DNA of 62,253 nucleotides, filler included, from Chiloscyllium plagiosum (Eukaryota), in assembly GCF_004010195.1 (NCBI RefSeq). It is 3 parts of one record of this genome, joined end to end, with 100 filler letters (N's around TTAATTAATTAA, not from the genome) between each part and the next. Parts side by side here need not be neighbours in the genome. Positions count along the whole stretch, not along the records: positions 1 to 24,911 come from NC_057717.1; 2 more parts are not named here. The stretch is one strand, 5' to 3'. Under the pieces are notes generated by a model. It was given only the letters and a program-made list of their open reading frames with translations, searched no databases and was not told where the DNA came from. Numbering within the stretch: position 1 is the stretch's first letter; each line of letters starts with the position of its first letter. Shown here in pieces: positions 1-12,464 of the stretch. The position numbers were made by a program, and so were the translations under genes.

Positions 1-2349
1 AATAAGAGAGAGCAGTAGCAGAACAGAGAGAAAAAGAGACCAGCTGAACGAGGGGAGAAGAGAGAACAGAGAAAGAAGAAGACAGAGCTTTTGAACATCA
101 AAAACTGATACTTAAAAGGAAAGTCAGCTTAAACGGCTGGAGATTAAGGCTAATGGTAGGCTTACTGAGGAGAAGAGTGAGGATGAGCAAACCCCTGGTA
201 GTCAGAAGCCTCGTAAGTAAGTGTTCAGGTATGTTCAAGCGTGGTCTAAATTTGGTGAGAAGGGCGCCATTTTCACTTCAATTTAAAAGATGGCTAAACA
301 AATGTAGTGGCCGCGGCAATGTGGGTTTTGTTGATCCAAAAGCGACTTGCATGTAGGGTTAGTGATGTAATCGCAGAACTATTAGAAGAAGAATCTGGGG
401 ATTATAAGGAGATGAAAAAAAGCCATTTTAAGTGCAGATAGGTTTGTACCAGAAGCCGGTAAGCAACGCTTCAGGCATCTAAGTAGGGACCCAGGTCAAG
501 CAAACATTGTGTTTGAAAGAACCGAACAGAGTAGTTTCGACAGATGGATAACAGTTTTAAAGATCCATGATGCCCTGCGAATGGTAATTCTTTTGGAGGA
601 ATTAAAATTATTTACTGTCTGAAGTCGTGCGAACTCATGGGAAACAGCACAAATTTATAACAGCAAGATTAGCAGCTGAAGAGGTTGATGATTATGAACT
701 GGTCTATAAAACTCGGTTTGGCAAACAGAAACATCTTCAGCCAATGCAAGACAGTAATAGGGGCAAAGAGACATTCTCACGTGGAAAGGGTAAGGTAGGT
801 ATCAGTGAAAATCATAAGGATTACTTACCACAGGGTAAGAAAGAATGCCTTGAGGGGGACAAATAAATTAGAAACCTCCGGTGTTTTCATTGTATTAAAG
901 TGGACCACACGAAATTGCAGTATTAGTGGGCTAGGAGAAAGTCTGCTGTCGGAAAACCAGACAAGCCTGGAAGTTTTGTATGACTGGTAACAAGAGACAC
1001 AAGGGAAGTTAGACAACTGCCTCAGAGTGTACAAGACGATCAGAGGTCGATGAAGGAGGAAATGATAGATCCACTTTTAAATACACATGCAAGCTTAATG
1101 TTTATTCACATAGACTCGGAGTCATAGGTAAGGAGGTTACAATATTAAGGAACACAGGATACCCCAGTCTGTAATGCTGAAAGATGAGGGGATATGTTCT
1201 TCTGAGTAATTCTTTCTNNNNNNNNNNNNNNNNNNNNNNNNNNNNNNNNNNNNNNNNNNNNNNNNNNNNNNNNNNNNNNNNNNNNNNNNNNNNNNNNNNN
1301 NNNNNNNNNNNNNNNNNNNNNNNNNNNNNNNNNNNNNNNNNNNNNNNNNNNNNNNNNNNNNNNNNNNNNNNNNNNNNNNNNNNNNNNNNNNNNNNNNNNT
1401 TGAATTACAGAAGAAAGATGAAAAGTGACAACATTTATATTAAAAAGCATATGCAGAGAACGAGAGTGAATGCTTCCTGTGTGTTATTACTTAACAACTG
1501 ATGTCTTAACGAGGAAATGGAGACAATGAACCATTCAAGCAGATGATAAATGGGTAGATATTTGTCAAATGTGTTGCCTTTAGTCATAGGGAGGAAGTGC
1601 TGCAAGTGACGCATGACCTCCACTTGGAGATCATTTAGGGGTGTGGAAAACACAGGCTAAAATACAAAGACATATTTACTGGCCTGGACTATGTAAGGAT
1701 GTCGTTGAATTTTGCTAGAAGTGTCATACATGTCAGCTAATCGGAACACTAAGCCAAGAATAAAACTGGCTCCGTTAATACCGATTCCACATTTGAGGAA
1801 TCTTTCACAAGTGTCCTGTTTGATAACGTAGGTTCCGCACCTCGAAAAAAAAGTGAGAACAAGTATGTATTAACAATATTGGATGTTTAGACGAGATTTC
1901 CAGAGGCAATTCCATTACACAATATCCCAGCAAAAACAGCTGCAGAAGAATTACTTTTTAACCGGATCCGAATAGATAGCATTTAAAAGTATAACGGCAT
2001 AGAATGAAACAAGAAGCGAATATGAAAGCACAAATTCGCAACTTTGCAATTCGGGATAAGGTATTGGTGCTCTGTCCAGTAACACGTGAGCCTTTAAAAA
2101 CAAGGTTTAATGGAACTTATCAAATCGAGAAGAAATTAAAGTGAGGTAAATTACTTGATAAGGACTCCCGACAGGACGAAATCTCACATAGTGTGCCACG
2201 TGAATATGCTCAAAAGGTATTTTGATATGGAAGGAAATCAAGAAGAGAATATGCTAATTGCAACAGCACAGAAGGAAAAACCAAGTTCAGAGGATACTAA
2301 ATTCGGCATTCCGCAAATCAAATTGGGTACTGAGGAAGTTGACAAAAAT
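1..2349 (+). mobile_element. Gmr1-type Gypsy LTR retrotransposon A, copy 1, 5' part (degraded gag/SCAN-like, protease, integrase)
   Basis: Broken frames with a gag zinc-knuckle remnant (~880-920), integrase HHCC (HLGVWKT..IQRHIYWPGL..DV..C..CQ, 1630-1740) and core FPEAIPLHNI (1897-1930). Aligns with 41930-44390. Confidence 0.85.
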
Positions 2350-3942
2350 AGAATATAGAACATAGAAAAATACAGCGGAGTACAGGCCCTTTGGCCCTCG
2401 ATGTTGCGCCGATCCAAGCCCACCTAACCTACACTAGCCCAATATCCTCCATGTGCCTATCCAATGCCCGTTTAAATGCCCATAAAGAGGGAGAGTCCAC
2501 CACTGCCACTGGCATGGCATTCCATGAACTCACGAGTCACTGAGTAAAGAATCTACCCCTAACATCTGTCCTATACCTACCATCTCTTAATGTAAAGCTA
2601 TGCCCCCTAGTAATAGCTGACTCCATACATGGAAAAAGGTTCTCATGGTCAACCCTGTCTAAACCCCTACTCATCTTGTACACCTCTATTAAGCCACCCC
2701 TAAACCTTTTTTTCTCCAATGAAAACAGACCCAAGTGCCTCAGCCTTTCCTCATACGATGTTCCTAACATACCAGGCAACATCCGAGTAAACCTCCTCTG
2801 CACCCGTTCCAGTGTCTCCACATCCTTCCTATAGTATGGCGACCAAAACTGCACACAATACTCCAGATGCGGCCGCACCAGAGTCTTATACAACTGCAAC
2901 ATGACCTCAGGATTCCGGAACTCAATTCCTCTACCAATAAAAGCCAGTACGCCATATGCCTTCTTCACCGCACTATTTACCTGGGTGGCAACTTTCAGAG
3001 ATCTGTGTACATGGACACCAAGATCCCTCTGCTCATCCACTCTACCAATTATCCGACCATTATACCAGTACCCCATCTTTTTGTTACTCTTACCAAAGTG
3101 AATCACCTCACACTTACGTACATTGAACTCCATTTGCACACTTTTCTGCCCAGCTCTGCAGTTTATCTATATCCCGCTGTAACCTGACACATCCTTAGCG
3201 GGCATTGAATAGGCATATGGAGGATAGTGGGCTAGTGTAGGTTAGGTGGGCTTGGATCGGCGCAACATCGAGGGCCGAAGGGCCTGTACTGCGCTGTATT
3301 CTTCTATGTTCTATGTTCTATGATCTATCCTTCCTCACTGACAACAACTCCACGGACTATCGTATCATCCGCAAACTTGCTCACCCAACCGTCTAACCCC
3401 TCCTCCAGGTGATCCTTGCGGAACGCCGCTAGTAACTGCACTCCAAGATGAAGCTTTACCATCAACTACTACCCTCTGTCTTCTTCCAGCCAGCCAATTC
3501 CTAATCCAAACCTCCAACTCAACCTCAATGCCATACCTCCGTATTTTCTGCAGTCGCCTACCATGGGGAAACTTATCAAACGCCTTACTAAAATCCATAT
3601 AGACCACATCTACCGTTTTATCCTCGTCTACCTCCTTAGTCACCTTCTCAAAGAATTCAATAAGGTTTGTGAGGTACGACCTGCCCTTCACAAAACCATG
3701 CTGACTAGCCTTGATCACATTATTCCTATCCAGATGTTCATAAATCCTATCCCTTACAATTCTCTCTAAGACTTTTCCCACAACAGAAGTGAGACTCACC
3801 GGCCTATAGTTACTAGGGATATCCCTACTCCCCTTCATGAACAACGGAACCACATTTTCTATCCTCCAGTCTTCTGACACTATTCCTGGAGACAACGAGG
3901 ACATAAAAATCAAGGCCAATGGCTCTGCAATCTCCTCCCTCA
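2350..3942 (-). mobile_element. CR1/HER1-like LINE, 5'-truncated, inserted in Gypsy A copy 1
   Basis: ORFs 3365-3943 and 2537-3139 carry CR1 ORF2 motifs (NYRPVSLTS, QHGF, DFSKAFD, SGVPQGS, LYKTLVRPHLEYC). (TTCTATG)-type tail at 2350. Absent at the matching site in copy 2 (~44390). Confidence 0.95.
3197..3326 (+). mobile_element. Short CR1 3'-end fragment inserted antisense inside the CR1, TSD ATCCTT
   Basis: Near-identical to the reverse complement of 2350-2473. ATCCTT at 3191-3196 and 3327-3332. Ends in TTCTATG repeats. Confidence 0.9.
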
Positions 3943-3984
3943 CACTTGCCTACATTAATTGCTAAATTATTCTTTTATCAATTG

Positions 3985-4090
3985 ATAAATTGATAAATTA
4001 TTGAGTTAACTTCACAAAAAAGATCGAAATGACCTGAAAGATTAATTATTATCATATGAGGATATACGCAGAAATAAAATGGAAAGTATG
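3985..4090 (+). mobile_element. Gypsy A copy 1, short continuation after the CR1
   Basis: Matches 44400-44493 (gttaacttcaca..agatcgaaatgacctgaaagattaatta). Confidence 0.85.
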
Positions 4091-4633
4091 AAGCTTGTGC
4101 AAAGATTTGTAGCTCGGGTGCTCGTTGTTGTGGTTCTGTTCGCCGAGCTGGAAGTTTCTGTTGCAAACGTTTCGTCCCCTGGCTAGGCGACATCATCAGT
4201 GCTTAGGAGCCTCCTGCGAAGCGCTACTTTGATGTTTCCTCCGGTGTTTATAGTGGTCTGTCCCTGCCGCTTCCGGTTGTCAGTTTCAGCTGTCCGCTGC
4301 AGTGGTTGGTATATTGGGTCCAGGTCGATGCGTTTGTTGATGGAGTTTGTGGATGAATGCCATGCCTCGAGGAATTCCCTGGCTGTTCTCTGTCTGGCAT
4401 GCCCTATGATAGTAGTGTTGTCCCAGTCGAATTCATGTTGCTTGTTGTCTGCGTGTGTGGCTACCAAGGATAGCTGGTCGTATCGTTTCGTGGCTAGTTG
4501 ATGTTCATGCATGCGGATTGTTAGCTGTCTTCCTGTTTGTCCTGTATAGTGTTTTGTGCAGTCCTTGCATGGTAATTTGTACACTACATTCGTCTTGTTC
4601 ATGTTGGGTATCGGGTCCTTCGTTCTGGTGAGT
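4091..4633 (-). mobile_element. Penelope-like element (Poseidon-type), 3' part with GIY-YIG endonuclease and pseudo-LTR
   Basis: ORF 4183-4785 contains NVVYKLPCKDCTKHYTGQTGR..RMHEH..REFLEAWHS..SIN (PLE GIY-YIG). Hammerhead motif in its 3' region. Confidence 0.92.
4161..4204 (-). ncRNA. Minimal type I hammerhead ribozyme motif in the Penelope pseudo-LTR
   Basis: Minus strand reads GCA-CUGAUGA-U-GUCGCCU-AGCC-AGGGGAC-GAAA-CG-UU-UGC: complete core, stem II with one G-G mismatch, palindromic stem III, stem I GCA/UGC, predicted GUU cleavage site. Confidence 0.8.
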
Positions 4634-7189
4634 GTAAGTTGTATGAAGAGAGAAGATTGTGATACACACAAATATGTTACAACGCTTCCACATTTTGAAG
4701 AGAATGATTTAGAAGCTTTCTTTATTTCATTTGAACAATTGACACTGCATTTGGAGTGTTGAAATTGTGGGAAATGTTCGTTCAAACTAGGTTGGTAGGC
4801 AGAGCGAGTGAGGTATTTACAGTGCTGTCAGTTGAGGTGTCAAGTGATTATGAAGATGTCAAGCAGTCTGGTTTTGATTCCTTATGAGTTAGTACCAGAG
4901 ACGTATCGACAGCCCTTTAGAAAAGTAAGGAAGGAACAAGATCTGACCTATGTTGAGTTCGATAGAATTAAAAATCGTAATTTTGATAGATGGGTGCCGT
5001 AGTCAAAATAGCCAAGGCCGACGTGGCTATCAGAGAGATTAATCTTCTGGAGGAGTTTTGAAGAAGTCACTTCCAGAGCTGACAAGAATTTGTTTGGAAT
5101 AACAATAACCAATAAGCGAGAATAGCAGCAGAGATGGCAGGTGAATATGCACTGGTGCACAAGGCAACGATCAGCTTTTGACAAGAAGTCCATCCTGTGA
5201 GGACAGAAATTTGGAGAAGTACAGATCTCACTCTGCAAAACAAAGTTAAGAGCACGTTGGCACTAGTCTACAACAGGTTAACAAAGAATCCCAATAGGAG
5301 GAACAGGAAGTGATATCTGGCAGGTGTTTCCACAGTGGTAAAGGAGGACACATGAAGTCACTGTACTGGTCATTAACTCAAGCCACTGTGGGAAAAGATG
5401 TGATGGAAGAGGCTAAGCCATTGGCATTCGTGAATATAGTAAAATAAACCCCAAGTACAATTGAGGCGCTACTGGATAGTGCACAGCTTATATACGGGCT
5501 GGGTATGGAGTGAGTCCCTGATCTGGAAAATAATCATCGCTGTGGGTAAAGTTTACTCAGAAAGAACACACAGAGAAGGGACATATGTTACCATTTTCAG
5601 AGATACAGGATCTAGAGATGAATGTTTTTGCACACGTTCTGACATGTTACCCGAGAGAACGGTAATTTGTGGGATAGTTGGGCAGGAATTTAGAGTATAT
5701 TGTAAGATCAGTTTGGAAAGCAAACTCAAGACAAGTTGGAGTCGTGATCGAATGTGAGTTCCAGGAATACAGTTTTTTCTTGGGATCTATTGATCAGTAT
5801 CCAAGGTGGGAGTGCCACCGGTGTTGTGGAGACACCAAGGGAGACCAGGGAATTGAAGAGTTAAAAGGTAAGTAACCTGGCATGTTTTCAGACCGTGTAG
5901 TAAAACGATCCCGCTATCATTGGTCACTGCACGAAATAGAATGTGAAGAGAAAGACGAAGAAATTGAGGTTCAATTAGCGGGCACACTGCTTGATGTAAT
6001 GGTTCAGGAAAACTGGAACTGGCAGATGGTCAGGCAGAAGTGATTAAATGGAAGGCTAATGGACTTACAACTGAAAGACGAGACAATAACAGATATATAT
6101 GTTGACGGAAACTCAGAAAATGAGTCAGAGTTTATTCCTAATGCTCATTATTTTAACATGGACACCATGCAGAAGAGTGCAGAGGAGAACTGGGCCGAAA
6201 TGCACAAGCTTGTGTTGCAAATAGCAATAAAGGAAGTATTATGGGTAATACATGAACTACCAGTACAAAGTCAACTGTGTGGAAATGTGATTCAGGCTGA
6301 GGTACGGAAGCATTCGTATTGGCCTCGAATGCAATTAGGATGTAAATAACGTTTGCCATACATGTCATATGTTCCAAATGCTACGTAAGCCACAGCAGTA
6401 ATAAAAACAGCAACTTTATTGCCAATTAACACATTGGAAGAAGCTTTCATGCAGGTGATAACTAACTCTGCACATCCCCTCCCCAAATTAGAAACCATAA
6501 TGGAAATGGGAAACAGATTTGTGGAGGCAATTCCATTACGGAGGAAGAAGAAAATAAAAAGGTCGTGGAATCAATAGCTTTCTTCACATGGTATGGGCCA
6601 CCCAGGAATATTCAATCAAACTAAGGCCAAATTTTACTACTCAGCTAACTGATGAAGTGGTGGATGGCTAAGGAATACAGCACTTTAAAACAAATGCGTT
6701 CCATCCTGAATCCCATGGAGCTTTAGAAAGGAGGCATCAGATGCTGAATACCGTGTTAAGAGAGTACTGCCAGGGCTACCCGAATGGTTGAGATAAAAGT
6801 ATCCTATTTGCATTGTTTGCCATTGGGCATACCCCAAAACAAATCTCCTAGGTTTATGCCCTTGGACGTAATATTCGGACATGGAGTGAGAGGCCCTTTG
6901 AGAATAATTACAGAGAAATTCATAGGGCCAAAGTAGGAGATCGCGCACTTGGATTATGTGTTGGAGGTGATGCAGGGATAAAATCGGGTAGGTGAGTTAG
7001 TTAAAAAGCACCTGAAGTGGCACAGTGTAGAAAGGTACGGGGGCAGATAAAATCTCTGAAATTCGGACGTTTTCCCGTGGGGGCGACGTATAACCAGTTG
7101 TAACACTCACTCAATAGCCAGCTTTAGTGATTCCTATAAAATTAAGAAGAAAAGTTGAGTCAGGAAAAACTGTCACATAAAGATGCTGG

Positions 7190-8172
7190 ATTCAGTGTTG
7201 GGGTCCCAGCTTCACTTTATATATAAATGATCTGGATTAAAAGGCTGGTGGCACACTGGCGAAGTTCGTCGAAGATACAAAGTTAGGTGAACAGGCAGGT
7301 AGTTCTGAGGTGTTGGGGAGGCTACAGAAAGGCTTGGACAATTTAGGAGTATGGTACAAGATATAGCTGATGGAATTTAATATGAGAGAACGCGAGGTCT
7401 TGCACTTTGGAAAAAAAGAACAGAGGCAAGGACTACTTTATGAACGTTGAGAAAATTCATAAAGCCAAGGCACAATGGGATCTGGGAGTGCTAGTACACT
7501 GCGGAGTGATTTGCAGGTTGAGTACGTGGTTAAGAAAACAAATGCATTCTTGTCATTTCTCTCGAGAGAGTTGAAATGTAAAAGCAGTGAGTTGCTACGA
7601 AGACGTTATAAAGCTTTGGTTAAGCCCCATTTAGAATACTGAGTCCTGTTCTGGACCAAACCTTAGGAAGGACATACTGGCACGAGAGCTTCTCCAGCGG
7701 AGATTCACAAAGATGATCGCTGGAATGGTATGTCTAACAAACGATGAATCGTTGAGGATCCTAGGATTGTATTCGTTCGAGTTCAGAAGGCTGAGGGGAG
7801 ATCTAATAGTAACATACAAGATGGCTTGGAAAAGGTGGACGCTCGGAAATTGTTTCTGTCTCGTGAGGATACTAGGACTCGTGGGCCCAGCGTTAGACTG
7901 AGAGGGGGTCAACTTAAAAAGGAAATGAGGAGACATTTCATCAGCCAGAGAATGGCGGACCTGTGGAATTCACTAACTTGGAGCACAGTGGAGGCGGAGG
8001 CATTAAATGTCTTCAGTGAAGAGATTGATAAATGCTCAATCTCACAAGAAATTAAGGGATACGAGTAGGTGGCTTTGAAATGCCCATCAGCCATAACTGA
8101 ATGGTGGAGAGGACTCGATTGTCCAAATGGCCTTACTTCCACTCTAGTTTCTTATGGTCTAATGGTCTTATG
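7190..8172 (+). mobile_element. CR1-like LINE 3' fragment inserted in Gypsy B
   Basis: Degraded C-terminus of ORF2 (LRILGLYSFEFRRLRGDLI) and a (TTATGGTC)-type tail at 8151-8171. Confidence 0.9.
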
Positions 8173-9347
8173 CGGATAGAAGAAAACTGTGACGGGCATG
8201 TAATAGGAACACGTTTAAACCTTGTTACAGCAGAGAGAGGGCACTGAAAAAAACAGAGTTAATTACTGCCCAACAGAAGAGAAAACAAATTCAGATGATG
8301 GCACTTTTGATGGACCGCGAATTAAACAATGAGGAAGTCCCTGAATACTGTGATGCGTCAGTGAGCTAACTGTCGCAGGAAAAAAAAAACGCAGTTGAAA
8401 GATAGCAGCAGTGTGACGACATTTGCAAGAATAACATGGGGAGGACTAATGCCATTGTGCATGGGCTAGAAGTAGGGAATGCTGTTCTGATAAAATAACA
8501 CCCCTATAGGATTAATCCTTTCAAAGCCATGCAAGTGTGGAAGGAACTGGATGGGAGCTCAACGAAAATATCACCGAACCGACTTAGACTGTACCGAGAA
8601 ATTTGGATAAGCTAGTAACATTAGGTAGTGGGAACTACTGCGTAGTGATGGGCAGATACCTTTATCAGAGAAATACAAAGAGGTTTGAGTGTTCCTGACT
8701 TCAAATAGGTTACATCAATTCGAAGTGATGCACATTGGAATGAAAAATGCACCAGCCACATTCCAAAGGCTCATGACCTTATGGCTTATGGCTGCGTTAG
8801 GAAACCGTGCAGTCCATCCAGATGATGTGGTGATCGTTAGTGAGTCATGGGGAGATCACATGCTGCAATTGGCAGAGCTCTTTGAACGATTAAGAGAAGC
8901 AAAACTAGTAATAAACTGAAAGAAATCAACATTCACGAAAGCAGAGGAGAGGTTCTTGTTACATAACATCAGTCATGCAATTGCGACACCAACAACATAC
9001 GCGTTGGAGCTGTACAGCTGTTCGAAGATGATGATGGAATTGAATGCCAGTTGTTTACTGCACACTAAACTCCACACCCCACCAGACAAAATACTCCACC
9101 ATTGAAAGAAAGAATTATTGAGTTTCGTACTGGCCTTCCAACAGTTTAATGTTTATGTGACAGATTGAAATCCTTTTACATTCTTGGAACGAATAAAAGA
9201 CAAGAATGTGAGTTTTATGCGTTGGAGCCTTTTGTTGCAGACTCTTAATTTAGACATTGCACATGTTATGGCTCATAATAATTTGGTTATAGGTGCGTTA
9301 TTGCTGATTTAACAGAAAAAAAACTATAGATAAGGTTGAACGGATAA

Positions 9348-9385
9348 GTGTGTGTGTGTGTGCGTGTGTGTGTGTGTGCGCGCGC
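9348..9385. repeat. (TG)n/(CG)n microsatellite
   Basis: Direct reading. Confidence 0.95.
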
Positions 9386-9502
9386 AGGAATTAATATGAA
9401 GTAACATTAAGTCCCAACGCATTTCCTTGCAATGGTGGATAAAACCTGAAAAAAAAATGTTTTTCACTGTAATGGTTCATATCGTTTTCGTAAGTGGGGA
9501 GA

Positions 9503-10274
9503 TGTTATAAATTTGCGGGTGTCAAATGTACATTAAAAAGAGAGGGAAGACTGTTTAGCAATGAGAGCTTGCAGGTACCAATCATGTGACTGACTAGCAG
9601 TATCAGAGTGTACTGGAAATTTGAAAATAGACCATATTTCATTGTGAAACAAATACCCGAATATCGGTTCTTGTTTTTGCAATGATTCAAATTAATAAAA
9701 ATACATCAGCTTAAATTAGGCCCAGCAAATTAAAAACTGATTATTTTGAATTTATTGTTTTGCAAATATCATACCACTGGTATAATCCAATGCTTGGGCA
9801 GTAAAGAATCAGACATCTTGACAGTTAGACAGACTGAGACTTAATGTCATCGATAGAGTAAACTGTCCACAAATTATTCCCGATCGAAGTTCCTTTTTCA
9901 TACGAAATATCCTTGAACGAAAATATCGAAGATGACCCAGGGAAACCTATAGCCAGAGGGAGATGGAAACTGTCACTGAAAGCCGTTGTGTGGTTTTGAA
10001 ATTAAGTTGATGTAATTTTAATATATGGTTATTGGAAAAGTATGTTGCTGTACAGTTGAAGGCCAATAACAATTAGTTAAGAGAAACTGGTTTTAAAGTT
10101 GTAAATGGTTTTGCTAAATGTTCACTTTTAGAGTTAAGGAACACATTGAGTTTTTAAAATGTACTGGAATTTGGGAGTTCTTTGTCACTCATACTGCGAA
10201 AAAATTCTGAGGTGAAGCCAGTTTCCTGGGTGTTTGGTTTGTTCAGCAGGAGGGTTTTCCACCATGTCGAAGCA
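9503..10274 (+). repeat. 3' LTR of Gypsy B
   Basis: Purine tract AAGTGGGGAGA immediately before TG at 9503, downstream of RNase H. Probable CA end at 10273-10274. No 5' LTR in the window to confirm the end. Confidence 0.6.
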
Positions 10275-10581
10275 GTGTCAAGCAAAACAAAGCTGACACA
10301 ACCAATTACCGCAGAGTATCCTGAAAAGTTAACAGAATAATCTCAGTGATTCCTATGGGCAGGGACTACTGAACTGCCTTCCCATGCTTCATGTGCAACA
10401 ACGACACCATGTTTTTTTTTTCTCTATGACTGCCTTTGGAAGTTTGTGGTGGAAGTTGTACGAGAGGATTAAGGTTGTCAGCATTCCAGTGATATGGTAT
10501 CGTTAGTCATTGTTTATCTCCAGTTGATATACTATCTATTGATAAATGTACATTCTTGTTTAATATAGAAATAAAATCCCT

Positions 10582-10589
<8 letters not shown>

Positions 10590-10626
<37 letters not shown>
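10590..10626. repeat. (TA)n microsatellite
   Basis: Direct reading. Confidence 0.97.
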
Positions 10627-10787
10627 TGAGGCTAATTGGATTTGTTTTAGCCATGTGATTTGGAAAATATGTCAGCTCGGGAACAGGCAAGTGCAATTTG
10701 CTGACGACATTAAAACACTATCTGAAAGTTCAGAATATTTGACGACGAGCAGAAGTGCATTGGCATAGTCGGGTCTAGGCACAACAT

Positions 10788-12430
10788 AGAGTAATAGGGT
10801 CATAGAGATGTACAGCATGGAAACAGACCCTTCGGTCCAACCTGTCCATGGCGACCAGATATCCCAACCCAATATAGTCTTACCTGCCAGCACCCGGCCC
10901 ATATCCCTCCAAATTCGTCCTATTCATATACCCATCCAAATGACTCGTAAATGTTGCAATTGTACCAGCCTCTACCACATCCTCTGGCAGATCATTCCAT
11001 AGACGTACCACCCTCTGCGTGAAAGCGTTGCCCGTTAGGTCGCTTTTATATCTTTCCCCTCTCACTCTATAACTATGCACTCTAGTTCTGGACTCCACGA
11101 CTTCAGGGAAAAGACTTTGTCTATTTATCCTACCCATGCCACTCATAATTTTGTAAACCTCTATGAGATCACCCCTCAGCGTCCGATACTCCAGGGAAAA
11201 CAGCCCAAGCCTGTTAAGCCTTTCCCTGTAGCTCAAATCCTCCAACCCTGGCAACATCCCTGTAAATATTTTTAGAACCTTTTCAAGTTTCACAACATCT
11301 TTCGGATAGGAAGGAGACCAGAATTGCACGCATTATTCCAACAGTGGCCTAACCAATGTCTTTGCACAGCCGCAACATAACCTCCCGAATCCTGTACTCA
11401 ATGCTCTGACCAATAAAGGAAAACATACCAAACGCCTTCTTCACTATGTTATCTACCTGCGACACGACTTTAAAGGAGCTATGAAGCGGCACTCCAAGGT
11501 CTCCTGGATCAGCAACACCCCCTAAGACCTTACCAAAAAGTGCATAAGTCTGCTAAGATTTGCATTCCCAAAATAAAGGACCACGCATTTATCTGAATTG
11601 AACTCCATCTGCCACTTCTCAGCCCATTGGTACATCTGGTCAGATCCTGCTATAATCTGAGATAACCCTCTTCGGTGTCCACTGCACCTCCAATGTTGGT
11701 GTCACCTGCAAACGTACTAACTGTATTCTTATGTTCGCATCCAAATCATTTATATCAATGACAAAAGGTTGAGGACACAGCACTGATCCTTCTGGCACTC
11801 CACTGGTCACAGGCCTCCAGTCTGAAAAGCAACCCTCCACCACCACCCTCTGTCTTCTACCTTCGAGCCGGTTGTGAATCCAAATGGTTGGATCACCTCA
11901 CTTTGCTCACCAGTCTCCCATGTGGAATATTTTCGACCTCCCTTACAGAAATCCACAGAGATCCCGTAAACGAGTCTGCCCTCATCAATCCTCCTTGTTA
12001 ATTCTCCAAAAAAGAACTCATTCAATTTAAGGAGACATAATTTCCCACACATCACGCCATTGCTGACCATCCATAATCAGTCTTGCATTTCCAAATACAT
12101 TAAATCCTGTCTCTCAGGATTCCCTCCGCAATTTATCCACCGCCGACGTCAGACTCACAGGTCTGTCGTTGCCTGGCTTTTCCTTACCTCCTTTCTTAAT
12201 TAGCGGTGTCATGTTAGCCAGCCTAGTCTTATGGCACCTCACCTGTGATGATCGATGACACAATTTTCAGCAAGTGATCCATAAATCACTTGTCTCACTT
12301 TTCACAGAGTTCTGTGGTGTGACCTGATCACGTCACAGCGATTTATTAACTTTTAGCCGGTCCACTACATCCGGCGCTTCCTCTTCTGTGACAGTTCTTT
12401 TCCTGCAGTTAACAACATCCATTTCCCTAC
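10788..12430 (-). mobile_element. CR1-like LINE, degraded
   Basis: ORFs 10880-11329 and 11640-11846 with CR1 RT/C-terminal motifs ([20 protein letters not shown]). 3' tail near 10790. Confidence 0.92.
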
Positions 12431-12464
12431 AGACTACATCTTTCATGCCACAGGTGAAACGTTA

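Larger units (their letters stand above)
4634..10274 (+). mobile_element. Gmr1-type Gypsy LTR retrotransposon B (degraded gag-PR-IN-RT-RH plus 3' LTR), 5' end missing
   Basis: Gag LPHFEENDLEAFFISFE and YELVPETYRQ; knuckle remnant RCFHSGKGGH (~5322); protease FRDTG (~5596); integrase HSYWP (~6311); RT GMKNAPATFQR..HPDD (8689-8919); RNase H EKELL (~9105). Integrase precedes RT. Confidence 0.85.
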
